From Spirochaetota bacterium (GTDB lineage: Bacteria > Spirochaetota > UBA4802 > UBA5550), in NCBI GenBank assembly GCA_017999915.1, contig JAGNKX010000010.1, forward strand, positions 12,381 to 76,380: 64,000 nt of DNA, given 5' to 3'. A program made the translations under genes and the position numbers. Below the pieces are notes generated by a model. It was not told the origin of the DNA. It was given only the letters and a program-made list of their open reading frames with translations, and did not search any database. Below, one piece after another: positions 19,065-29,139 of this stretch. The stretch's first letter is position 1; each line of letters starts with the position of its first letter.

Positions 19065-20801
19065 ATGAAATTCAATGATATTGGCATAAGAATGAAGCTT
19101 GGTATTGGATTTGGCCTTGTTCTTTTCCTTCTCTCCATGATCAGCGTCTGGTCCTTTGTTCAGATGAATAACATCAAAAATTCCATCACCCGCAATCAGG
19201 TTAAGCAGGATTTGAGGGATTTAATGAAAGAAAAGGAGATCAATCACCTGGATTGGGCGGCGCAGGTCTCTAAGGGGATCCTGGCCGGAAAAAGCGATGC
19301 AATAGAGGCTCAAACAGACGGCCATAAATGCAAGCTCGGAGAATGGTACTATAGTGAGGCCCGGAAGCGCGTTGAGCGGGAGATGCCGGAGCTTAAGACC
19401 GAGCTTGCCAAAATGGAGGAACCCCACCTCGCTCTTCACAGAGAGGTCATTAATGTCAAAGAATCGCTGCGAAACGGTGAGGGGGGCAGGCAAGCCGCCA
19501 ACAGGATATACAATGAAGAAATCATAACTCACTTAAAGAATGTTCGGTCCAGTTTGACTGCCATCAGTGCAAAAGTAATGGATGAAGTCGTCCAGAGTGA
19601 AAAGAGCATCTTCGCCTCTATCAGGACCGGAATGGTTCTCGTGGCTGGTCTCTTTGTGCTCTCCCTGGTGATCGGCGTCACCGTATCGATGCTGATATCC
19701 GGGAGCATCACCAGGCCGGTCCGCCTCAGCCTCGATTTTGCCGGCACCATGGCCGAGGGCGACCTGACTAAGAGAATCAATCTCAACCAGAAGGACGAGA
19801 TAGGCCAGATGGTCGCCGCCCTGAACAGGGCCGCGGCGAACCTCGACGAAATGTTCTACAATGTTTCCACGGGGTCGCAGAACCTGGCCCAGGCGATTGA
19901 ACAGATAGCCACCGGCAACCAGACCCTGTCCCAGCGCACGGCTGAACAGGCCTCCTCCCTGGAAGAGATCGCGTCCACCATAGAAGAGGCCACGGCGACC
20001 ATTAACCAGAACGCCGATAACGCCGTGAAGGCCCAGGAATTGACCGAAGCGGGAGCGGGGAAATCCAAGGATGGGAACAGGGTGGCCCTTGAAGCCGTCA
20101 ATTCCATCATCGAGATGAACGCGTCCAGCAAAAAGATCGCCGACATCATAGCGGTGATCAACGAGATCGCCTTCCAGACGAACCTCCTGGCGCTGAACGC
20201 GGCAGTCGAGGCCGCCCGGGCCGGAGAGCAGGGCCGCGGCTTTGCCGTGGTCGCCGGCGAGGTGCGGAACCTGGCCCAGCGGTCAGGCAACGCGGCCAAG
20301 GAGATCGAATCTCTCATCAACGACACTGTTTCCAAGGTAGGGAAGAGCACCGAGCTGGTCAAGGATACGGGCGGCGCCCTGAACGATATCGCCGAAGCGG
20401 CCACGACCACCGCGCAGATAATTTCGGAAATCGCCGCTGCGAGCATGGAACAGAAGCAGGGTATCGGCCAGATCAACAGCGCCATATCGGAAATGGACAG
20501 CATGACCCAGCAGAACGCGGCCCTGGTTGAAGAGACCGCATCGTCCAGTGAAGAGATGTCGAACCAGGCCCAGGAGTTTCTGGCCATGGTGCAGAAGTTT
20601 AAAATCACCAAGAGGACCGTTGACGTTGCGGGGAAACCGGCGAGACAGAATCATTCGGCCGGGGCCTATGAAGCTGCAAAAAAGAAGGACAAGGGAAACG
20701 GCAACGGCCGGATAAAAGCAGCGAATCCTAATGCCTTGAGCAATGCGGATGGCGGTTCAATGACCGATATCCTCAAGCAGGAGGGATTCGAAGAGTTCTG
20801 A
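19065..20801 (+). CDS. methyl-accepting chemotaxis protein with a CZB-like (chemoreceptor zinc-binding) domain between TM1 and TM2
   Basis: HLDW ... CKLGEW ... HLALH gives the HxxW / CxLGxW / HxxxH CZB signature in the predicted periplasmic segment; HAMP and MCP signalling domain; C-terminal GFEEF. Confidence 0.85.
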   Translation: MKFNDIGIRMKLGIGFGLVLFLLSMISVWSFVQMNNIKNSITRNQVKQDLRDLMKEKEINHLDWAAQVSKGILAGKSDAIEAQTDGHKCKLGEWYYSEARKRVEREMPELKTELAKMEEPHLALHREVINVKESLRNGEGGRQAANRIYNEEIITHLKNVRSSLTAISAKVMDEVVQSEKSIFASIRTGMVLVAGLFVLSLVIGVTVSMLISGSITRPVRLSLDFAGTMAEGDLTKRINLNQKDEIGQMVAALNRAAANLDEMFYNVSTGSQNLAQAIEQIATGNQTLSQRTAEQASSLEEIASTIEEATATINQNADNAVKAQELTEAGAGKSKDGNRVALEAVNSIIEMNASSKKIADIIAVINEIAFQTNLLALNAAVEAARAGEQGRGFAVVAGEVRNLAQRSGNAAKEIESLINDTVSKVGKSTELVKDTGGALNDIAEAATTTAQIISEIAAASMEQKQGIGQINSAISEMDSMTQQNAALVEETASSSEEMSNQAQEFLAMVQKFKITKRTVDVAGKPARQNHSAGAYEAAKKKDKGNGNGRIKAANPNALSNADGGSMTDILKQEGFEEF

Positions 20802-20845
20802 TATTTATTATCGCGCCTTACTATCCTGAAGATCCTCCAAATCAA

Positions 20846-20874
20846 GGGAGAGCCACCGGCCTCCCTTTTTTTTA
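20846..20874 (+). terminator. rho-independent terminator (gggag agcc acc ggc ctccc + T8)
   Basis: Stem-loop plus an 8-T run after the MCP stop. Confidence 0.6.
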
Positions 20875-20921
20875 TACGGCGGTGCCAGTGATATGGAGAG
20901 GCGTCCCGGGAAAACCAGCGG

Positions 20922-21158
20922 TCAGACGTTCTCTTTCTCGCGGTCCTGTGATTTTTTCATCTTGCGGTAGGTGTAGCCGGCGTACAGGGCCGTGGTCAGG
21001 AGCAGGGGGATGTCTTCAAGATAGCCGGCCGGGAATATCACGTCGGGAATGATGTCAATGGGCGATATTAGATAAACGATGGCCAGGCCGAGGAGGACCA
21101 TCGAAAAGATGAATTTTTTCCTGGCTCCTTCAAGGGTTTTATCTTCAATTTGTTTCAT
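20922..21158 (-). CDS. DUF1232/YkvA-like small membrane protein
   Basis: ISPIDIIPDVIFPAGYLEDIPLL matches the DUF1232 DxIPDFIPxxGYLDD core. Confidence 0.55.
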   Translation of the reverse strand: MKQIEDKTLEGARKKFIFSMVLLGLAIVYLISPIDIIPDVIFPAGYLEDIPLLLTTALYAGYTYRKMKKSQDREKENV

Positions 21159-21212
21159 GATAATTTCCTGAATAATAAGTATTAAACTTGTTGCGTAATT
21201 TAATAATCAACG

Positions 21213-21251
21213 ATATGAGCCCCCGCCGCCTTCGGCGGCGGGGGCTCATAT
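21213..21251. repeat. 17-bp perfect-stem GC hairpin with TTCG loop (atatgagcccccgccgc c ttcg gcggcgggggctcatat) followed by an AT-rich tail; shares cgccgccttcggcggc plus tail with 60049..60095
   Basis: Direct reading; located in the divergent spacer between 20922..21158(-) and trxB(+). Confidence 0.55.
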
Positions 21252-21408
21252 GATTAATTATAATTAATTATGCAACAAGGCTATTATGTATTATCATTTA
21301 CAGGATACAGAAAAATTGCGGATTTTTCAAGCATAATTTTACTTGCAATAATTCTCCTTGTTTATCAATTCTACATTTCATCTCTTTTTTCATTCAGGGA
21401 GGGTACGA

Positions 21409-22329
21409 ATGAAGGACCTTGTAATTATCGGCGCCGGCCCTGCCGGACTCACGGCCGCGATCTACGGAATCAGGTCAGGCCTGGACCTGGCGGTCATCGA
21501 GAAGCTTTCTCCCGGCGGCCAGGTGATGAACACCTACGAAGTTGAGAACTATCCAGGCTTCGAGGAGCCTGTGGCCGGATGGGAGCTCATGTCGCGGATG
21601 GAAAACCAGGCCCGGCGTCTCGGGGCGGAGATCGTGAGCGGTGACGTCGCTTCCTTCTCGCGGGACGCGGACACCGGCGTTTTCAGGGTCACCCTGAGCG
21701 ATGCCGGCGTGATCGAAGGCAAGACCGTGATCGCTGCGTCCGGCGCATCCTACCGCAGGCTCGGCGTGCCCGGTGAGGAGCAGTACCTCGGTCATGGCGT
21801 GTCGTTCTGCGCCACCTGTGACGGGGCCTTCTACAAGGAGCGGGTCTGCGCTGTAATCGGCGGGGGAAACACGGCCCTCGAAGAGGCGCATTTTTTGACG
21901 CGTTTCGCCAGCAAGGTATACCTCGTCCACCGGAGAGACAGGTTCAGGGGCGTCAAGATTTTACAGGACAGGGTTCTGGCCAGCGGTAAAATCGAACCGG
22001 TCCTGGATACCGTGGTGGAATCGATCAATGGCGCGACAAAAGTCGAGAGCCTGGCGATAAAGAACGTGAAAACCGGCGGGCAATCAACGCTGGCTGTCGA
22101 CGGCGTTTTTGTTTTCATAGGTTTCGACGCCAATACCGGGTACCTCCCGAAAGAGGTTCTTGACGAAAGCCGCGGTGTCAAAACGGACATCAACATGAAA
22201 ACTTCGATCCCGGGACTTTTTGCCGCCGGCGATCTCAGGAGCGGGTCAAAGCGACAGATCGTCATGGCGGCGGCGGACGGGGCCACGGCGGCCCTGGAGG
22301 CCTACGAGTATATTTTAGGTTTGACATAA
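21409..22329 (+). CDS. trxB: thioredoxin-disulfide reductase
   Basis: GAGPAG FAD motif, redox-active CATCDG, second GGGNTA NADPH motif; start at the ATG preceded by AGGGAGGG. Confidence 0.9.
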   Translation: MKDLVIIGAGPAGLTAAIYGIRSGLDLAVIEKLSPGGQVMNTYEVENYPGFEEPVAGWELMSRMENQARRLGAEIVSGDVASFSRDADTGVFRVTLSDAGVIEGKTVIAASGASYRRLGVPGEEQYLGHGVSFCATCDGAFYKERVCAVIGGGNTALEEAHFLTRFASKVYLVHRRDRFRGVKILQDRVLASGKIEPVLDTVVESINGATKVESLAIKNVKTGGQSTLAVDGVFVFIGFDANTGYLPKEVLDESRGVKTDINMKTSIPGLFAAGDLRSGSKRQIVMAAADGATAALEAYEYILGLT

Positions 22330-22426
22330 TTTGAGATTATGACTGTAATGCCGGACGGTTTCATATAAAACATCTTGATGAAGTCATCAGATGTAATCAG
22401 TATTAATACAAAGGAGTTTTGCTATT

Positions 22427-22861
22427 ATGAAAAAAATTATGGCTCTCACCATCGCATCCGTGTTCGCCTTTATCAGTTTCGGATGTAAGCCGGCGGGTAA
22501 ATACGGCGACCTGAAAGAATACCTGAATGATGTCATCAAGGCCAACGAGAATTACATTTCCGCCCTTGAGAAAGCGAACAGCGCCAAAGAGGTGGCGGAG
22601 GCGATCACCGAGCTTGGCAACAAGATGGAAAAGCTCTCCAAGAAGGGCGATGAGATCGAGAAGAAGTATCCCGAGCTGAAGACAATGGACAAGAAGAACC
22701 CTCCGAAGGAGCTGAAAGAGGAGTTCGACAAGCTCGAGCAGATGGCCCAGAAGCTTCTCACCGTGTCGATGAAGATGATGAAATACATGATGGATCCGGA
22801 AGTCATGAAGGCGTCCCAGGAGATGGCGAAAAAGATGGGCAAGACCCCAGTGTCAAAATAA
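22427..22861 (+). CDS. small lysine-rich lipoprotein, hypothetical
   Basis: Signal peptide + lipobox (ISFGCK); helical K/E-rich body. Confidence 0.5.
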   Translation: MKKIMALTIASVFAFISFGCKPAGKYGDLKEYLNDVIKANENYISALEKANSAKEVAEAITELGNKMEKLSKKGDEIEKKYPELKTMDKKNPPKELKEEFDKLEQMAQKLLTVSMKMMKYMMDPEVMKASQEMAKKMGKTPVSK

Positions 22862-22889
22862 CGGCACGTCATCAAACCATTTTGCGACA

Positions 22890-22919
22890 AAAACCCCGCG
22901 GTACGCCTCGGGGTTTTTT
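22890..22919. terminator. bidirectional intrinsic terminator (aaaaccccg-cggtacgcct-cggggtttttt) between convergent genes
   Basis: A-tract/stem/T-tract symmetric hairpin between the stops of 22427..22861(+) and 22918..23754(-). Confidence 0.6.
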
Positions 22920-23754
22920 ATTGGAAATTCTTCAGATAGAATTTTTCTATGGCGCCCCACAGGAGGTCGCGGAGCTGCCGTATGCGTATTTCGTCGACCC
23001 GCATGTAATCATAGCTGAAATAGGTGTCATTGAGAAAAAGGGAGCGCGACAGTGACAGGCGTATCATGGGGATCGGGCCGGTCCCGTAATGCCTGTGTAT
23101 ATAGCCGGACGACGGCTCATCGGCCATGGTGAATTTCTCGGCGATGGTTCCCTCGACGCCGGAAAATGATTTTTTCAGGTGCTCCATCAGGCTCGCCGCG
23201 ATCTCCGGCTTGCAGGTTGATACGGATTGTTCCTTATCGCTTATGATGCGCTCCAGCAGTATGAGGGGCCGCGGCTTTCCCGGGTCACGGGAGACGGCGG
23301 GGCCCACGGCCAGCATGGTATGGCAGTCCAGTACCAGCCTGAGGCCGCCCGTTTCCATGATCTTCCGGATCGCTTCGTGAAAGGGGAACCAGTAACGATG
23401 CAGCACGTTGGCAATAGCTATCTCGTCGGGGAACATGGTGTCCCTGAAGACAGGTTTTCCGTGGAGCGTTGATTTTTTAATGACGCCGTCCTGGACCGGC
23501 GGCAGGGACTTGTACTGACGGTCCAGGTCGACGAAGAGCCGCGAGATGTCGGTGTCAATGGTGCCGGCAACCCGGTCTTCGAAGGAGAAGATGTCATTGG
23601 CGCAGGTGTCCGCCTGTATCAGCAGGTCGAACTTGCTCACCGCTTCATAGCCGGAAAATTCCTCCGGAACCCTGCACCCTCCGTGGGGGATGATGATCAA
23701 TATGGGAAGATGGGTTTTTTTCTTCAAGGATTTCTTCGCGAACTGATATTGCAT
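22918..23754 (-). CDS. N-formylglutamate amidohydrolase-family (FGase-like) zinc hydrolase, tentative
   Basis: ILIIIPHGGCRVPEEF N-terminal motif resembles the FGase HxGxxxP signature; the rest is weakly diagnostic. Confidence 0.45.
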   Translation of the reverse strand: MQYQFAKKSLKKKTHLPILIIIPHGGCRVPEEFSGYEAVSKFDLLIQADTCANDIFSFEDRVAGTIDTDISRLFVDLDRQYKSLPPVQDGVIKKSTLHGKPVFRDTMFPDEIAIANVLHRYWFPFHEAIRKIMETGGLRLVLDCHTMLAVGPAVSRDPGKPRPLILLERIISDKEQSVSTCKPEIAASLMEHLKKSFSGVEGTIAEKFTMADEPSSGYIHRHYGTGPIPMIRLSLSRSLFLNDTYFSYDYMRVDEIRIRQLRDLLWGAIEKFYLKNFQ

Positions 23755-23913
23755 TATGCTACTATGCCCGCGCCCTTGTTGTCAAGACAATATAGGCGCA
23801 GGCCCTGCGGGCGTAAACCGGGCTGTCGATAAAAATATGGTTGAAATTAATCATCTGATCGGCAATGATTACTGCAGTGTCACTGTGGAAATCCACCATC
23901 ATGAGGAGCAGCC

Positions 23914-25857
23914 ATGAAAAATATCACACTCCTGGCCCTTGTTGTTCTTGTCAGTATCCCCACGATGTTATCCGCAAAAGAGCAGAAGATCACCCTGGTG
24001 CATACCAACGATTTGCATTCCCATCTTCTCGGCTTTTATCCCAATATCGATTACACGCCCCAGGCCAACGACGACAATACAAAAGGCGGGTGGGCGCGGA
24101 TCATGACCGTGATAAAAAACACCCGGGCCGAGCGGAGCAATCCGGTGCTGGCCGTCGATGCCGGCGATTATCTCATGGGGTCGCTTTTCCATATGATCAG
24201 CCGCGACCGGGCCCTTGAGCTAAGGCTTTTGAAAGATATGGGGTACGATGTCGTGACGCTGGGCAACCATGAGTTTGACCTCAAGCCGGCGGGCCTGGCG
24301 AGGATCCTCAATTCAGCGAAAAAATATGGCGGGCTCCCACCCATTGTCTCATCCAATGTTGTTTTTAGCGAAAAGGATGAGCGGGACAATACCCTCGAAG
24401 AGGTGTTCAAGGCCGGGATCGTGAAGCCCTACACGGTTCTCAATGCCGGCGGAGTTAAGATAGGATTTTTCGGTCTCATGGGCAAGGACGCGGCTGAAGT
24501 GGCTCCTTTCTCGAAGCCGGTTACGTTCGGCGATCCCAAGGAAACCGCCAAGAAGATGGTTGCTCTGCTGCGCGACAAGGAAAAGGTAGATCTCGTGGTC
24601 TGCCTCTCCCATAGCGGGATTAATCTTGAAAACTTGTCGAAATCGGAGGATGTGCGGCTGGCCCGCGATGTGCCGGGCATCGATATCATCATCAGCGGTC
24701 ACACCCATACGCCGGTGAAAGAACCGATCCGCGAGGGGAAGACCATTATCGTGCAGGCCTGGTGCTATGGCCTCTGGGTCGGCATCATGGATATCACCGT
24801 CAAGGACGGCGCGGTGGCCCTCGGGGGATACCGCATTGTCGAGATCGATGACAAGATTGCGGGTGATAATGCCATAACCACCGTAATAAACGGATTTAAA
24901 AACGAAATCACCGGAACGGTGCTGGCTCCGGTCAGGCTTGCTTTTGACACGGTCATCGCCTATCATGATTTTGACCTGAACATCGCCGAGGAGGAATCGA
25001 ACCTGGGAAACCTTATCGCCGACGCGAGCCTCTGGTATGTGAACAGGTTCGCCTATGATCCGCGGGATCCCGAAACGAAAGTCGTCGTGGCGGTGGACTC
25101 CAACGGACTTATCAGGGACCCGGTGGTAAAGGGGAAAACGGGAAAGATCGCCGTCTGCGATCTCTTTAACGCCCTTCCCCTCGGCATAGGCAAGGACGAC
25201 ACCATGGGCTATCCGATGACCGCCGTATATCTTTACGGATCAGAGTTGAAGAAGGCACTGGAAATCCTTACCAGCATCAACCCCTTAAAAGGGTATGATT
25301 ATTTTCTCCAGATATCGGGGCTTAAATTCACCTACAATCCTCGAAGGATGATCTTTGACCGGGTCACATCCATCCAGATAGGAAATGACGAGGGGGGATA
25401 CAGGCCTCTTGATTACTCTGACTCCAATAAAAAGCTCTACCGTGTGACCGCCAATATGTATAATGCCGCTTTTCTGGAAATAGTCGGTAATTTTACGATG
25501 AATATCCTCAAAATCGTTCCCAAGGACCGGAACGGCAAGCCCTTTGATGACCTTGCGAAAGCTCTTGTCGATGCCGATCCGAAAAAACCCGGCATCCAGG
25601 AGGTGAAACAATGGGTGGGCCTCATGGAGTATGTGCGCAGTTTCAAGGACACCAATGGCGACGGTATTCCGGAAATACCGGACAAGTATAAGGGCAAGCT
25701 GGGAAGAGCCGTGGCGGAACCGAGTCTGAACCCTGTCTCATTGCTTAAAGGCGGCACCTATATGACCTGGATCGGCGCCGCCCTTTGCGCGGTCGTTATT
25801 GGTGTTATTGCGCTGGTTGCGGTGGTTGTGGTGAAGAAGGTACGGAAGAAACAGTGA
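23914..25857 (+). CDS. bifunctional 5'-nucleotidase/UDP-sugar hydrolase family metallophosphoesterase (UshA-like), signal peptide and C-terminal TM anchor
   Basis: LVHTNDLHSHL and VVTLGNHEFD calcineurin-like motifs; 5'-nucleotidase C-terminal domain; C-terminal hydrophobic helix + KKVRKKQ. Confidence 0.85.
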   Translation: MKNITLLALVVLVSIPTMLSAKEQKITLVHTNDLHSHLLGFYPNIDYTPQANDDNTKGGWARIMTVIKNTRAERSNPVLAVDAGDYLMGSLFHMISRDRALELRLLKDMGYDVVTLGNHEFDLKPAGLARILNSAKKYGGLPPIVSSNVVFSEKDERDNTLEEVFKAGIVKPYTVLNAGGVKIGFFGLMGKDAAEVAPFSKPVTFGDPKETAKKMVALLRDKEKVDLVVCLSHSGINLENLSKSEDVRLARDVPGIDIIISGHTHTPVKEPIREGKTIIVQAWCYGLWVGIMDITVKDGAVALGGYRIVEIDDKIAGDNAITTVINGFKNEITGTVLAPVRLAFDTVIAYHDFDLNIAEEESNLGNLIADASLWYVNRFAYDPRDPETKVVVAVDSNGLIRDPVVKGKTGKIAVCDLFNALPLGIGKDDTMGYPMTAVYLYGSELKKALEILTSINPLKGYDYFLQISGLKFTYNPRRMIFDRVTSIQIGNDEGGYRPLDYSDSNKKLYRVTANMYNAAFLEIVGNFTMNILKIVPKDRNGKPFDDLAKALVDADPKKPGIQEVKQWVGLMEYVRSFKDTNGDGIPEIPDKYKGKLGRAVAEPSLNPVSLLKGGTYMTWIGAALCAVVIGVIALVAVVVVKKVRKKQ

Positions 25858-25900
25858 TTGGCGCGGTGCCAGAGTAACTTATAGTGAAGAATGAAACAAA

Positions 25901-25942
25901 GGGGTCAGAGTAGATTTTACGGTCAAAAGTTGCTCTGACCCC
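25901..25942. repeat. hairpin formed by two inverted copies of the GGGGTCAGAG(T/C)A motif (10-bp stem, 22-nt loop) between convergent genes; a third direct copy lies at 25864..25877
   Basis: ggggtcagag ... ctctgacccc read directly. Confidence 0.55.
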
Positions 25943-25956
25943 CGGTATTATGGAAA

Positions 25957-26544
25957 TCAGTTCCCCCCTGGATTGCCCGCAAGTCCCAGCTCACTTGCTA
26001 TTTCCCTCAATCCCATAATCGAATCCTTAATAAGTTCCGAAAGCTCAATCCCCAGCATCGATGCTCCTTTTTCGATCACGGCCCTGTTAACGCCGGCGGC
26101 AAAGCCCTTGTCCTTCCATTTCTTTTTTACCGACGAAGCCTCCAGGTCCATGAGGCTCCGGGATGGACGGACCAGCGCAGCGGCTATGATAAGCCCGCTC
26201 AATTCATCCACCGCATAAAGGGTCTTTTCCATCAGAGATTGCGGCTCTATGTCGGTGAACATGCCCCATCCATGACTTGCGACTGCCCGGATATGTTCTT
26301 CAGGCCAGCCTTTTTCGCGGAGAATCGATTGGCTCATGGCGCAGTGCTTCTCCGGGAACCGCTCGTAGTCCAGATCATGAACAAGTCCCACAATCCCCCA
26401 TGTATCCGCATCCTCGCCATGTTTTTTGGCCAGGTATCGCATAATTGCTTCAACAGCCAGGGCATGTTTTATCAGGTTGTCGGTTTTATTGTATTCGTGC
26501 AGCAATGATAGCGCTTCTTCACGGGTTGGTTTTTGTGCTGTCAT
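25957..26544 (-). CDS. HD-domain phosphohydrolase
   Basis: HALAVEAIMRYL...GLVHDLDY HD motif; start moved to the internal ATG with AGGGAG RBS, because the longer ORF would have to read through a GGGTCAGAGTAA repeat copy. Confidence 0.7.
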   Translation of the reverse strand: MTAQKPTREEALSLLHEYNKTDNLIKHALAVEAIMRYLAKKHGEDADTWGIVGLVHDLDYERFPEKHCAMSQSILREKGWPEEHIRAVASHGWGMFTDIEPQSLMEKTLYAVDELSGLIIAAALVRPSRSLMDLEASSVKKKWKDKGFAAGVNRAVIEKGASMLGIELSELIKDSIMGLREIASELGLAGNPGGN

Positions 26545-26746
26545 GACTTGTCTCCCTATGGAAATTACCGGGTCAGAGTAAATATCTTCGTTACTCATAT
26601 TCCTCTATTTTTCTTTCTGCAAGTCACTATTTTTTTGCTCTGACCCTCATTTTTTTATCTTTTGGGGGTTAGTACCCCCATAGCTTGCTGCTGGGAGAGT
26701 CACTATTTTTAAAGAAAAAATGTCATGATATACTGGTTAATAATAG

Positions 26747-26952
26747 GTAGCAGTCGTAAATTAGGGGGTCATGGGCCATCCCGCTCGTCCGCCTCGTATA
26801 AGCAGAGCCAAATGCGACTTCCTGTCGCGGCTCTGCACTCGGCCCTCCTGGCCAGCGCACCATGTTGACTCGGCGGAATCGGCGACATCCATGTCGCCTG
26901 CTCGCCGGGATGGCTCCATGCCCCCCCCCTAAAATTATACTGCTACCTTAAT
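26747..26952. mobile_element. MITE-like ~200-bp element with ~45-bp imperfect terminal inverted repeats (ttaataataggtagcagtcgtaaattagggggtcatgggccatcccg / cgggatggctccatgccccccccctaaaattatactgctaccttaataata), possibly flanked by a TTAATAATA duplication
   Basis: Arms ~85% complementary; internal GC-rich segment with further nested inverted repeats; non-coding. Confidence 0.35.
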
Positions 26953-27087
26953 AATATCCATAAATTGCTTGGATTTTTTATTTGCTTTAACTCTCCAATT
27001 CATGTATATTATCCGGAATGCAAATTTATGCGCTATTATCAGGGTCAGGGTAAAATTAATAAAAGGGATTTTTGCAAGGTGGGTATT

Positions 27088-29139
27088 ATGAAGCGGCTAT
27101 TTTTCTTGTTGATAGTATCCTTTTTTACAGTTATGGATGCCTTATCAGCATCGGACTGGCCGGTATATAAAGGCAATATATTCTATACCGGAAATAATGA
27201 TGAGATCACCGTAAAGAACAATAACCTGAAATGGCTCTTCCAGGCCTCTGACATGGTTTATAATCCTATCATTTCTGACGGGATGGTCTTTTTTGTTGAT
27301 GTTAAAAAGAATATTTACTGCCTCGATGAGGATTCCGGAAAACTTAATTGGAAGATAAACCTGACAACCCTGTCCGCCCAATTTAATCCAAACCAAAAAT
27401 CGGCTGGAAAAGTTAAATACCCTCTTGTAAAAGGACATCGGCTTATTCTCACCGATAATTTTACCATCTATTGTCTTGATAAGAGGTCCGGCACCGTACT
27501 CTGGGCGCGGACCGGTATGCGGGATGAGAAGGATCTCTTTACCAGGGATAGCTCTTATAATAAGAAAATATCCCGATGGCAACCCGGCGACAATAAGGAT
27601 TGGGATCCGTCCAAGCACTCAACGACCCTTGTCGATGGCATTTACTCTGACCCCGTTATTAATAACGAGATGATTTACTACGGCACCCGCAATGTCTTCA
27701 TGTCCCGTGAGATCCTCCAGGGCCACCTGAAATGGGATAACCGGAATGTGAAATCCTACAGCGGCTATCCTTCGTTTTATGATGATTATATATTCACACA
27801 ATCCATGGACTATTTAAAAAACACCTTCACCCTCTATTGCCTTAACGCTGAAACCGGCGCTGTCGTCTGGTCTCAGCCTGTGGCCAAGCCGGTGCGTATC
27901 TTTTCCCCCGTTGTGTACCAGCAAAAGGTCTATCTCGCATCCGGCAATGTCGTCCATTGCTTCAACCTGGCCGATGGGGCAAAGATGTGGGAAAAAAGCT
28001 ACGGGGAAACCATCACGTCCAATCCGAGTTTCACCGAGAGGGAGATTCTGTTTACCGCCGATAACCGCCAGGTGGTCATTATCAATCCGGCCGATGGCGG
28101 CATCAATGCCACCATCGACCTGGGGGAAAAATCGAGCCCCTACTTCGTGACCATCCGGGACCAGATTTACCTCGCAAGCACCATCAAGAAGAGAGTGGGG
28201 GACAGGGACCTGTCCTACGCCAGGCTGCGGGCGCTCCGCTTCGAGCAAAAGAATGCCTTATGGGAATTCGTTCCTCCCTTTCCCGGGGGCGCCTATCAGC
28301 CCGCGGCGTCCGGCGGCATCATGTTCCTTCCCGCCGGCAACTATCTGTATGCCGTGGGCACCGATTATTACCCCCGCATTATCGACGGCGGAAGCACGAT
28401 TTATGATCCCTATAACAAGAAGGAGCCGGATGACAAGGCTTTGCCGGACCATGATGCGAACAAAAAAAAGGAGATTGATAGGCAGATAGACAAGGACAAA
28501 GAAAAGGAGAAGGAGCCTAAGCTGGATAAAAAGAGCGACCTGCGGCCCTTGAAAATTACCGTGACGGATGATTCAAAGAACCCCATATCCGCCACTGTCG
28601 AGATAAAAAAATGGGACCAGGGCAAAATAGCTTATTCCAGCAGGATCGCCCTGAAGGGCCCGGACCAGGAGATAATGGTCCCTGACTCGGATGATGTGGA
28701 AATCACGGCGGATTCCGACGGGTATATCCCGAAGAAGGCCATCGTATCGCGCAAGGACAGGGAAACCTCGATTCAGCTCGATAAGATCGAGAAGGGCAAG
28801 GGCATCGTCGTCGATAATATCCATTTCGAGATCAATGAGGCCTATCTCCGGAAGGAGTCGCTCAATATCCTTGACCGGATCATCGACGGCTTGAAGCGGA
28901 ACAAAAAGATCCGCCTCGAGATCAGGGGACATACCGACAGTACCGGTACGCGGCAGCATAACATGAAGCTTTCCGAGCGAAGGGCCGATGCGGTGAGGGA
29001 ATACATGATCAAGAACGGCATCAGCCCGGAACGCCTTGCCGCCGTGGGCTTCGGGCCCGACAGGCCCATCGGGGATAATAAAACCGTCAGCGGCAGGCAG
29101 AAGAACAGGCGGACTGAATTTTTCATTCTTGATAAGTGA
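27088..29139 (+). CDS. PQQ-like beta-propeller repeat protein with C-terminal OmpA-family peptidoglycan-binding domain
   Basis: Signal peptide; repeated WxxxxxG PQQ/BamB-like blades; C-terminal NIHFEINEAYL...RADAVREYM...NRRTEF OmpA_C motifs. Confidence 0.8.
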   Translation: MKRLFFLLIVSFFTVMDALSASDWPVYKGNIFYTGNNDEITVKNNNLKWLFQASDMVYNPIISDGMVFFVDVKKNIYCLDEDSGKLNWKINLTTLSAQFNPNQKSAGKVKYPLVKGHRLILTDNFTIYCLDKRSGTVLWARTGMRDEKDLFTRDSSYNKKISRWQPGDNKDWDPSKHSTTLVDGIYSDPVINNEMIYYGTRNVFMSREILQGHLKWDNRNVKSYSGYPSFYDDYIFTQSMDYLKNTFTLYCLNAETGAVVWSQPVAKPVRIFSPVVYQQKVYLASGNVVHCFNLADGAKMWEKSYGETITSNPSFTEREILFTADNRQVVIINPADGGINATIDLGEKSSPYFVTIRDQIYLASTIKKRVGDRDLSYARLRALRFEQKNALWEFVPPFPGGAYQPAASGGIMFLPAGNYLYAVGTDYYPRIIDGGSTIYDPYNKKEPDDKALPDHDANKKKEIDRQIDKDKEKEKEPKLDKKSDLRPLKITVTDDSKNPISATVEIKKWDQGKIAYSSRIALKGPDQEIMVPDSDDVEITADSDGYIPKKAIVSRKDRETSIQLDKIEKGKGIVVDNIHFEINEAYLRKESLNILDRIIDGLKRNKKIRLEIRGHTDSTGTRQHNMKLSERRADAVREYMIKNGISPERLAAVGFGPDRPIGDNKTVSGRQKNRRTEFFILDK

